Shown here in pieces: positions 1-11,304 of a DNA stretch of 64,000 bases. Source of the stretch: Selaginella moellendorffii (Eukaryota; Plantae; Lycopodiophyta); contig NW_003314298.1 in NCBI RefSeq assembly GCF_000143415.4, positions 248,001 through 312,000 on the forward strand, given 5' to 3'. The position numbers were made by a program, and so were the translations under genes. Under the pieces are notes generated by a model, which saw only the letters and a program-made list of their open reading frames with translations, did not search any database and was not told the DNA's origin. Position 1 is the stretch's first letter. The number at the start of each line of letters is the position of its first letter.

Positions 1-1060
1 CAAAGTAAACACGCCGCCACCTGAGGTGAAGTCGCCATCTCCAACGCTGACGGCCTCGAAAGCTCCAGGTGGAAGTACGCACAATGCTGAAGGGGAAGGG
101 GAAACAAAACAAGCAGGTGGCTCTATAGATGGAAGTGGTAAAGAAGAAATCCGCAGAAACATGGGTGAAGCCAAGTTTTTTTGCCTGCTATTCAGGAAAA
201 CCGACTTCCGACTGCAGGACCTCACTGCAAAAGATTTGCTTGAATTTGGAAAGGCTGGCGTGGGAATCATTTGCCGTGAAAATGAATGGGGCATAGACAT
301 CGTCATCGTTGGGTTCTTTGGTGACACGTTTAGCCTGGAGACGATGACACTCATTTTGGTGCAGGTGAAACACACAGAGAAGCTTGATGTTGATTTAGCA
401 TGTGCTAAATGCTCTCCGGAGTTTTCTCAGATGTTGAGTAGCAGTGCAGGGCCTCAAGGTTGGACTGGGTTGAAGGTGCCATACGCCAGTCTGGTTTTGA
501 ATGTGGCCCGTGTGCCTTCCAGCAGTGTTTGTTACAGAACTAGGAAACTTGTCACAGAAGCATTGCTGAAGAAGACGCCTGCAAATCAGTCCATGGCAAT
601 GGCTCTCCATGACGCTCATCTGGAATGCAAAGGCCTTCAGGAATGGACAAAAGGCTATGATGGGGATAGATCACACCCGGTATTCAAGTCATGGGAACGG
701 TATTTTGCTTCAGATGATCGTCTCCAACACATTGTGGTCATTCAAGGTACGTTTGTGCTGTTTCATTTTCAATCACTTGATGTTCTCTTTTGCACTCCAG
801 GTTTGGATGCATTCTCATCCAAGGACAAAGTGAAAGACCTGGTCGACATCTCTCTGGATGCTACTGCAGACATGAGGAAACTAGAACGAGTTCAGACGAA
901 GTATGCACATAGAATGTTTGGATGGGTTAAGAACACGGAAATGCGCAAGTGTTTGGCGCCAAAGCTCAGTGTGAAAAAGAGTAAGTAAAACAGAGAATTT
1001 TTTTGAGAAATAATCTGAAATTCCTTCTCCATTGCAGAGGTGCAGATGGAATTATCTTAG
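1..1060 (+). CDS. 3' part of a Crinkler-like NTPase + PD-(D/E)xK nuclease gene (copy A, cut by the window edge)
   Basis: Near-identical to 43671-44718. REase-like motif IICRENEWGIDIVI...ILVQVKH. Probable introns 747-800 (54 bp) and 981-1037; stop TAG at 1058-1060. Confidence 0.7.
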
Positions 1061-2237
1061 GTGGTGAGATTTAAGGACTTTGTAGATTCTAGAATCAAGA
1101 GCAAGTGCCAATATTTTAATTAATTTTTTTGCATGTGGTATGGTGTATTATCCAGGTTTCTGACGGTTTATGTTATAATGATAAAACAAATAATGATAAT
1201 TGATTAAAAATTTTACAATTTTAATTATAAAATTTTAATTATATATTAATTATATTTTGAAATGTGCATTAAAATTTTTAGGCAAAGCTTTGATTGAAAG
1301 TATAGAATATCATTCCAAGATGTAAAATAGTAAAGGTATTAGTAATATCCTTATAAGTTTCATTACTAGCAATGTCGAAAATTAACTCTTAAACTCAATT
1401 TTCTTTAAGAATGAGAGTATATAGATGAGTGAGTGTGGTGATGTGGTTGCCACTAAAGTATCATCAAGTTTATCATTGCACCAATTAGAGTTGTTATTAG
1501 TAATATATTATGGATTTAGTTTATGTAATATTGTATTTTAATTGTAACACTATTGAAATATAATTATTAAACAATAAAAAAAACTATAGTGACTATTATG
1601 AATTACAACTACAAAAGAAAATTTGAAAAAACTTTAGGATAAGCCACATTCTCAGCTACTGCTCACAAATTTCTCCTCAGTACACTTCATGTTAGTTTTT
1701 GTTTTTGTGAGCATACAAAAAAGGCCATTTCTGTTTTGGAGGTCTCACTTAGTATATTAATCATTTTCTTAATTATATTATCTAAAAAACATATACTTAG
1801 CTAATTAATTAGGATTAATTAAAGGAATATTCAAGCTTGATTCCCATTATACAGCAAATAATTAATATAAACTAAGAGTTTTTTACAAACAAAACCCACT
1901 CATGTGCAAAAAAGTAGATATACCAAAGATATGTTTATTAAAATGCGAGTACATTACTATATTTTCACCTCTTATGTCAAAATTTCTAGCTAATAAAACC
2001 GTGTTTCTTAATAGTACATATCATCATGTAAGTGGTAGAATTTATTGATATATGGAAAAACATCTTTGGATACATCTGATAGAGTAACATCTTTGACTCA
2101 ATTTCATATGATGTTTTTTCTATTATAGCATCCACAAAAGTGACTTTCTGTGCATCAGTATACACCAATAAAGTTCAAATTGAAAGCCACAGTCATGTAA
2201 AAATGGTAAGTTCGTTTAATTTTGTAGAAAACAATCC

Positions 2238-2850
2238 TTGCCAAAAATTCAATCAATTTCATATCTTGTGATCAAAGAGGTTTTGATAAGTAATAAAATT
2301 GCCAATCCTTTGCCTCCAACTTCTTCTCAAAAAACTCATACATGTAAAATCATTAGAACATTGGATAATCCTCAATATGATCACTCACATAAGAACTATA
2401 TCAAAGAAGACATTTGTTACGCTTTATAAGTTTCTTGAGTGTGTCTGCTAGAGTACATAATTCACCAGTATCTAGTTTGTTGGGGTCAAATGAACAAGGA
2501 TGCAAACATCCAAACTGTCTTAAACAGTAACATTTATCTGGTGTGTCGTTTAGAATGAAAACTTCAAACTCATTGATGTCTGGATGAAGTTTCATTGAGG
2601 TGAAGCAGGTAGAGTGCTCGATGTCGAGTACAGTCTGTCAAGAAGTGTCAGTGAAGCTGGTTGCTACAAGATCTCCATTTCTTCCATCTTGAGCTTGAAA
2701 TTTTTGAAAGATTTCTCTAGTATAATTTGACCAAGCTCATTGTAAATGTCTTCATCATGCATTTTATATCAAAATATGTTTGTTAGCACACCAAGCCTCC
2801 CCAAAGCATATTCAAGGTTAAAATCTCAAGAGCTTGTCCAAAGAGCCAAT
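2238..2850 (-). pseudogene. Decayed fragment, probably the downstream part of the ParB-like gene family seen at 44737-46482
   Basis: 2776-2850 is nearly identical to 44737-44803 (atgtttgttagcacaccaagcctccccaaagcata...). Broken minus-strand ORFs. Confidence 0.4.
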
Positions 2851-3074
2851 TGTGAGACACAAAATCCCTAGGCCCCAAAGTGGAGCCGGAAAGGATGCCA
2901 CGTGGTAGTGGCCGAAGTGAGAGCCAAATGAGCATAACACGTTTGGACTAAAAGCTCCGACTTGGAAGGTCGAGAGCGGGAGTGGAACTCTCAACAAAGT
3001 GCTTGAGGAGCAAGCACGAGGCAACTAATAAGCAAGGCTCCAAAAAGGGACCCAAAAAGGACCAATACATGACA

Positions 3075-3537
3075 CGTGGAAGTGTCCGAGATGGAGTCCG
3101 AGGTGGACCCGAGTTGGAGTCTGAGATGGACCCGAAGTGGAGTCCGAGATGGACCCGAAGTGGAGTCCGATATGGAGTCCGAAGTGGAGTCCGAGATGGA
3201 CCCGAAGTGGAGTCCGAGATGGAGTCCGAGATGGACCTGAAGTGGAGTCTGATATGGAGTCCAAGATGGAGTCCGAGATGGACCCAAAGTGGAGTCCAAG
3301 ATGGAGTCTGAGATGGAGTCCGAGATGGACCTGAGATGGAGTCCGAGATGGAGTCCGAGATGGAGTCCGAGATGGACCCGAGATGGAGTCCGAGATGGAG
3401 TCCGAGATGGACCCGAGATGGAGTCCGAGATGGAGTCCGAGATGGAACCGAGACCGAGGCCGAGACCGAGACCGAGACCGAGACCGAGTCCGAGTCCGAA
3501 ACCGGGACCGAGACCGAGTCCGAGTTCGAGCCCGAGT
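3075..3537. repeat. GC-rich 11-12 bp minisatellite (GGAGTCCGAGAT / GGACCCGAGAT) grading into (CCGAGA)n
   Basis: Directly visible tandem repeat; explains the many overlapping low-complexity ORFs here. Confidence 0.95.
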
Positions 3538-3539
3538 GA

Positions 3540-4980
3540 CCATCTGGAAAGTCGAAGAGAATGAAGTCCACAACTGGGAGCAAGGGCCTTTGTATCTTTC
3601 AGCACCAACAGTTGAACTGGCACCGTATATCCATGTTGATGTCGTCTTCCATGAAAGATGTCAACAATCTACTATAAGAGCCAATGAAGATACCCACAAT
3701 GCCTCGTTGTGTTATTGGGGACACATGACGGACCTATAAAAGAGCTAAGTGAATGAAAAAAGTAATAAATAGTATGCTACTGTCATATAGCGTGTTGTCA
3801 ATGAGAGTTCCTCCAACTCTTCTTCACAAGCATCTCGTCGAGCTGGAATGAAATTACTACCAACAGTCATTGCTGCAAAAAACATGTATTACCACCTTTA
3901 GTTTATAAAATTCACTTTTGCTTACCTCAAGGTCGACGTGATATTCTATGAACCACTTGATCATCGTTATTTACTGGTAGAACCTGATCCAAATCTTGGT
4001 TGTTTGATGGTTGAATTGGAGCTTGATCCTGGCTGTCTGGTGGTGGAACACGAACTTCATCTGGAGCTTCCTCATCTTTGTCTCCATCGTCACTTGCATT
4101 GCTATCGTTATTAGCATTGACAACTTCCTTGCGATCTAGTGTAGAGGTCTCCTTCCCTAGGAGCTCCAACTCCCAAGGGCATTCTATCTTCCGTGCCTTC
4201 GGAACTCTCGCAAACATTGTTGGGTACATTCCTCCATCCCTTACACCTTTTGCAACAAGTTGAGTGCAAACTGGTGCCTCAAATGGCATGCCTCTATATC
4301 GAAGATACCTGTAAACAATATATATTAAAAAACAGTCTAAGAAATCATATTATACTTGTAAGCTACACGTCACATGAAATAAGGTTGACCATGTTGGCAA
4401 TTATAAGTTGTCGTGCTTGTAGACTTCTTTGGCAGCCACCCCTCTTCGATCCCTTTCAATGACATGTTGATGTAGGTGTCGAAAGACATGAATGTGTTAT
4501 CTGGATCGTCACCAATGTGTGGTGCCAAGAACTTCTCACCTTCACTTATAGTTTGCGTGATGTAGACAACCCTTTTTATCATGTTCTCAAATAGTTCTGA
4601 CAGTCCTTTCTCTCTATTCATCAAACAGACATTGAGGAACTTCAGGGTCTCTATCTGTTGCTTATATAGAAGCTTTGATTTTGCAATATTGTAAATCATG
4701 TCATCTGGAGTTTTGTTCACTACAAAAGTAACATATGCATAATTGAGAAAAATGAAGTGTGATAAGAAACTTACATTCATGAGAAGAAATTTCAGCTATA
4801 GTTTCTAGCCACTCCTTCGGCTTGCGATTGTTTGCAATGCATACTAGTTTTTTCAACTTTGAAGACTTTGCATGCTGAATTTTGTGCTCAATTTGTACGA
4901 ACTCAGTAGAGAGCTCTTCCTAACTCTTCTCTGGATATGCAAGTTTGTAAGCATCTTGCTTGAGCTTCACCAAAGGCTTA
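3540..4980 (-). pseudogene. 3' exons of ParB-like gene #2, split from its 5' part by the Sola insertion; ends in an MTase motif-IV-like segment
   Basis: Peptides IKRVVYITQTISEGEKFLAPHIGDDP, GVRDGGMYPT...CPWELE and RGIVGIFIGSY...VVDFILFDFPDG align in order with the paralog at 24331-25709. In-frame stops present. Confidence 0.75.
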
Positions 4981-5030
4981 AAACCAAAACAATTAAAAGA
5001 AACATTTATAAAATAAAAGGGAAAGACATA

Positions 5031-5057
5031 AAGCTCTATTTCGTTAAAGTGGGATTT
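5031..5057 (+). repeat. Left terminal inverted repeat of the Sola-like element
   Basis: Reverse complement of 17331-17357; preceded by CATA. Confidence 0.92.
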
Positions 5058-5822
5058 ATTCAGTAAAATGGGACTAGGTACAAATTTTCAAGTATTTGAA
5101 AATGACGTGAAATTATATGTTTTTTGTCCAGGGGCTAGACATATCTGGGGCATGGTGACTAGCGTGGTGACTTTGTGTTCAGACTGAGTCCATCTGGTTG
5201 TATAATAAATCTCATTGTCAAGGTGAACAAGCCGAATCTGAAGCTAAAGAAGAGCGATGGCATGCGCACACACACTATTTGTTTGTTCATTGAGCGTGTG
5301 GTGAGCTTTCCAAGATGAACGTCATTCCTATCAGCCAGACATATAACTTAATGGTGAGAACATTTAGATATTATTCAATGTTATCTTTTTCTAACGAATC
5401 TAATTGTGAAGGTGTAGCAAGAGGCATTGCTAGTCTGGAGAAGTCATTTAACTCATTTGACCCTTAGTGTATTTTCATGAAACTAAATAACATTCATATT
5501 ATTAAGGAATTTCTCTAGTACCTTTTTTTTACGACATAGAGGCTTGCATTTCTTTCAAAGGTGATTTAGTAAAAGGCCTGAGGGCACATGCCATTCTATT
5601 TCTCAGACCGGTATTAAGATATACTAGTGCAAAGGGAAAAAGGTATTTGGTGATCAAGTAAATGGCATGAGGGCACACGCCATTATAAGCCTAAGCGCTA
5701 GTGGACACCTCCTTTATGGTGTCACGCCTCACGCCATCATGCCATGCCATCATGCCTCCTCTGATTCAGATTCGGATTGTTCACCTTGAAATAAAATACA
5801 TTAGAAACTTAGTAAAGGAATA

Positions 5823-8800
5823 TTAATGAATCTCACCTTGAACCCGGGTTATGAATGCTCTTGCTGCATCTCTTGCATGGTCTGGCAAGGTGATGGTGGC
5901 ACTCTGCTTCCGCATCCAACCATGCATAACATTATCCACCGATATGCTCATGCTGGGATCCTTTGGATTCAGCACCCATCTCTTTTCTAGGCAATCCTTC
6001 GTATATCCGAAACTTGGCTTGAACCACTCCACAGTTACATTGAAGGAGTTAGTTTCCGCGTCCTCCTTTGCATCAGTGATGCAGCGCCCCACCCATATCA
6101 TTTGTTTTTTATTACTGGGTCTGACAAGCACGACCATTCCTTTGCAGACCTGTACTGGATTGAATGCTGAATCCGGCTTCTTGTTCCTCGGCCCACAATA
6201 GTGATCCTCAACATCGTTATCTGTCACTGCATTTCCAGAGGACATTGTTCCGCTACTATCTGGTGCTCTGGGTTCTGGCCAAAAGGACTCTTCCAATTCT
6301 TCATATACAACCGGCCCATTTTGGATAGCAGATATAATCTTCTCCCAGTATTCGAGCAAAGGCTTGCACCTCTGAAAATAGGATTCTCCACCAAACACCA
6401 ACCCCCTCTTCCAGAAGGCAATATGCTGTCTAATCCCGGCCACTATACTTTCCTAGTCTTTGAGTCCATCCGGGTGCATCGGCCGTGGGGAACCCTGAGG
6501 AATCATAGGTTCCCCAGTTATGGGATCTCTCTTGAAGAGTTCAATGCCGTCCACTGGCAGCCACAGTGTGTCCCATTCTCTCATCTTGTACCTCATCACT
6601 GGAGCACCGTCACACATGCTGAAATGAAACTGAAGAGGCTTGGAGTGGCCAATCAGCGTTTCGGATCCTTCTCTGATGTAGCCTCTTACAAACCCCTTCA
6701 AGTCTGGAACCTCTGTCACAAGTGCAGCTTCAACAGTGCCTTTGATGCAATTTTGGAATTCATCGTAGAGTTGTGGGAGGGTGAGGACATTGGATCGCCG
6801 GAGGGACTCTGCCAGGTGACTGAACATGGCATCAACGTCTTCATGAGTGTGCCCAACCATGAGAAAGCCAAGTGTAACCGTTTCAAATATGCCTTTGGCA
6901 ACAGGCATCGCCAAGTACGCGAAGACGTACATGTTTTTGTTCTCACTGCCAGCATTGTCTGTTTGGAGCAGAAGATGGGGTGGAAGGCCACATTGGCCGC
7001 AAGAACTTCCTTGAGATTTTGCTTCGTTTGGATGAGGCTGTGCATTCACCGGGCGACCAGCCTCGTCGGAATGGCATGAGGCCTCACGTGATAACCCTAC
7101 AATCTGATGGCCAACATATTCACTGGGATGGCATGGGGCCCCACGCGATACTGCAAGCCTTTGCTCCTCCTCCAGCTGAACCCTGTATGGGGTTCGATCG
7201 ACAAGGGCCTTATGCAAGGGTTGGCCGTTCAGCTCAGTCTACGCACTTTGCAGAGACCTTAAGTGTTTTGCTAGGGACGCAATCATCATGTTTGCACCCC
7301 CGCCACCCCATAGAGGTACAAAGAAGTTCCCATAGTTCTGGGCACCATGCCCATGAGCGATTATGCCAAACAGAGACACAGGCAGCTGCATGAATGAAGA
7401 GATTGCCTTGGGGGCAGGATTGAGTCGAAGTAAGCATGTCTTTTTCTGGTCCATTTTGTCGTGGATGATGCAGAGGTAAGAGTCAGGTCTCTCCATGGAG
7501 AGAATCCTGTTATGATAATATGCAGTCCTGCAGCTTCTCTGCTCGATGTTGTGGTCGAGCCGCCTTCTAACCAACGTCTCTCGCTCTTGAGCGCTGCAAG
7601 AATTCTTCGACAAAGCCATTTTGATAGTAGTGCACTCGTCACACTTTGAAAAGCTGGAGTACTTTCCTATACTCATATCCCTGAACCTGTTACTCCACAA
7701 TCTACTAAATCTAGATTGGCTCAGCTTCCTGTAGCCATTACTCTGGAGTTCTCGATTCACATCTTCCAATATGGCCCCCTTGGTATACATGGAAGGGAGA
7801 ACTCGTTGGGTGTCTCGTGTTCCATCTTCCAAGAGGCGGGTTTTATGTGGTTGCTGCTCGCTACATGTCTCGACAAACCTCTTGAAGATTGCCTCTCCAT
7901 ATACAACATGACCCCTGGTTTTGTGCGTACCATCGTTCCCATGGACTACCTGTTGAACCCTTTGTTCCTCGAACTCAGTTTTGATTCTGTAGAATGTGCT
8001 TCGAGGGACTCCATAAATGATTCTCCATGCCTTCATGCAGACCAAACCCCTCTGGAAGACCATGCCCCCCACCTGATGTTCTGAAGCATCAACAGATGAC
8101 CGTAATGCCTCATACACAAAATTGCGAGCTGCCTTCCAGGACAATGTCTTGTATCTTGCTCTCTCCTCTTCAATAGCATCCCAATCAGCATGTTGACAGC
8201 ACCTCCTCTTGCAACAAGCAACTGTCGAGACCATTCGAACCTCCATCGCCATTTTCTGCCTTTTCGGTTCGTTGCTCAGATCCCTTTGGCTGCGCTTTAG
8301 GAAGGTGTACTTTCTTTTCCCATGAAGAGATATTCTGTCATCAGTTGTAGTGGTGTTTGATTGTGAATCCTTCACATTCTCAAACACTAAGTGCCTCAAT
8401 TTCCACCGCACAATGCTTCCAATAGTCAGAATGTTTTCTTCTGTGTCAACAACCTCTAAAATCGCAACTCCAATATCATCCCAGCCCAATTCTTGATTAG
8501 CAACTGCATCTCTTGGATCGACAACTGTGGCTAAGCCCTCAGCTACCACCTCCCCCTCGGGGTTGTTTAGAAACACCTTTGCCTGAATTCATGTAGCACG
8601 GTTCTTAAGATCCACGAAGGGAACATGCGTCGCACTTGCGCTGTCCCTAACATCTGCTTTCTTCTGCAGATTTTTCAAGGCAACAACAACATTTACCCCG
8701 ACGACCATCTCTCCTCATTCAATAGTGACCACATTTGCATCGAAGACAGTCTCTATTGATACAGCAGCATTGCCTTCCCCAAGCCTTTGACAGTGTATAA

Positions 8801-8891
8801 CAAAGTTCCGATCCATAGACACAAGGGTCCCTTTTGCAACTCTCTTCCCACCATTCAAAATGTAAACCTTTTCCCCAACCCTGAAGGCCAT
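5823..8891 (-). pseudogene. Sola1-like transposase, one reading frame interrupted by four in-frame stops
   Basis: ORFs 7239-8576, 6453-7217 and 5823-6443 share one frame with an ATG at 8891. Motifs IIHDKMDQKK, LQTDNAGSENKN, FLMVGHTHEDVDAMFS and Cys clusters (CCKRRC, KCDECT). Stops at 8715, 8589 (TGA) and 7239, 6453 (TAG). Confidence 0.85.
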
Positions 8892-10165
8892 TCTGAAAGT
8901 GCAGAAAAAAAGTTAAGACCATACAAAAAATGATTGGAGAATGGCCTAAATCATAACATACCAAATAGCATGAGGCCACATGCCATTATTCAAACATGCT
9001 ATTGACACCCACGTGAAATTTCGCATTCACAAAATTGGCATGAGGCCTCATGCCATCTTGATATACACACAGCTGCAGGCAAGTAAAAACATACATGACA
9101 ATACGCTAGCCATGAAATTGCAAGGGCCCAAGATGGCATGTGGCCTCATGCCATTTCTAAATGTGGTCCTAAGCCATTCCATGGTGAACATACCAGGAAG
9201 CACAAGTGCCGAATATCAAGAGGAAGCGGTAGCCACACCAAAGACAGTGCCACTCGCAACACTACAACTACTCGTAGCGCCGCTCGCAACACCGCAACTG
9301 CTCGTAGCGCCGCTCGCACAAACTGCCACTCGCATAAACTGCCGCTCGCAATGCCGCAACCGCTTGTAGACGCATAAACCACAGCTCACAACGCCGCTTA
9401 CACAAGCAGCGCTCACTGCGCTTAGCGGAACCAAGAACACGGTGCACAAAAATGATAGACCTGGGAATGAGTTCGAGAATTCAAAAATAACACACGCTTG
9501 AACGTCACATCAAATCCTATGACAAACCAGATCTTATGATTCCTTTGACAAATTTCAAACTGAGTAGCTTCTAGACTTTGCTGTCGGAGGTTGAACTTTG
9601 TCACATCATGTCCTTGCCTCGATCCAGCTGTGCCATGTCAGTGATTCGAACTTTGCCATGCCGTGTCAGCGATCCGCGCCAAGATTATTCGCCGTGTAAA
9701 GGAATAATTATGCTGTGTGTGTATGTCCATTTATGGCAATATAAGGCCACACGCCATTCAAAGAATAATGCTAGTCGAGCATTTTTTGGTGCATTTTTGG
9801 GTTCAAAATTGCATGAGCCCACACGCTATAAAGTTTACCTGTACCAAAAATAGAAACAGCTTTATTTACTTGGGAATTTAAGTGGTTGAGGCATTTTTAA
9901 ACTTACAAACACATGCCCTACTTACATTCCTTTGGTTGCTTAAAATTCAAAAATATTATAAACCTTTCTTTTTGCATTTTCAATGTTTTCAATTATGGTT
10001 TTTGATTTTCGCAGGACCAGCCTAGTAATCTATTTGCATCCCGTCATGTTTATAGCTAGCTTTCGTTTGTCCCCTTCGTTAGCCTGAGATACATCTGCTC
10101 GGCATCTGCCTCTTATAGCATTTGCCCAGAAAGGGCATCTTTCTTCACGCAGCATTTGCCACATG

Positions 10166-10191
10166 TTTAGGGTTTAGGGTTTAGGGTTTAG
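10166..10191 (+). repeat. Short interstitial plant telomeric repeat (TTTAGGG)3+
   Basis: tttagggtttagggtttagggtttag. Confidence 0.85.
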
Positions 10192-11304
10192 CAATTCAGT
10201 AGCTTGATAAACATGCAAATACAGAACTTGATGCAAAATCCTTTGATATGTCACAATGCCCCTAGGACCATAAACACATTTCAATAGAGAGGGTCCTTTC
10301 ATTTCATAACTCCTTATTTAGATCTTGGTGAAACCAGAGTTAGTGAAGTTGGTTTTTTGTGATCCCGCATCTGATTGTGATGTCCCTTTGCAGTGTCGAT
10401 GGAAAGGTCAATGCACACCAAACTGTAGAATCTTGGTGTAAAATCTAGTTGCGATCTAACGGTTAGATCTCCAGAAAACTCAAAACAATCTCGCGCGTGT
10501 CAAAATATTCTAGGAATATACTCCTATGTGCCCCTGAAAATGGCATGCGGCCCCACGCCATTCAAGAGATAACGCCAGATGACGCCAAGCATTTTTTGGT
10601 GCATTTTTTGGGATCAAAATTGCATGAGCCCACACGCTTGAACGTCACATCAAATCCTCTGACAATTTATTTAGCTGAACATCTGGCATTTTTGGAAATA
10701 CAAGATGCTTTGGAATATCCAATCATGCATGGTATAAATATAACGAGGGTATTAAATGATATCCCAATCATGATCTTTCTTTTGGATTTCGTGTGCATGC
10801 AGTCCGAGGAATGATGACGTTGCGGATTTCTTTTGGATTTCACGTGCATGCATGCGCGCGGCGATCCAGAAATTAATGGTGGCGCCCAAGTCCGAGGAAT
10901 GATGACGTGGCGGGATTACCAACCGTCGTGACATTTCGTGCGTGTAAGGTTAGGTTTTGCATTTTGCTTCGTACTCGCGCTCGCGATCACGCTCATATTC
11001 GCGCTCATCTACCTTCTCTACAGGTTTCTCGTGTGCATCGGCGTCCACTCGCGCTTGCATCACACTCGTGCTCGCATCGCGCTCATGTGCATCGGCGTCC
11101 ACTTCAAGACACACCCAGTTTGTAACTTTGCCGCCAACTCCGCCGCCCACTCCGCCACCCACACGCAGCCCACTTGGCGTCCCGGGAGATTTCAGCGCCA
11201 CTCTCCAACTGTAAGTGGCAGAGTAGCCTTGCTGCTACGATCCGCTGCACACACAGTGCATATTCGCCAGCGAGTCCGATTGTCACGCCTCCATTCGGCT
11301 TCAA

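Noticed and set aside
2948-3739. Many overlapping ORFs (SDSISD, MESEMES, WSPR repeats)
   Set aside because: Products of a minisatellite; no evidence of real coding.
6201-7079. 292-aa plus-strand ORF and similar long antisense ORFs (e.g. 60094-61005)
   Set aside because: Antisense shadows of the transposase and TST coding regions.
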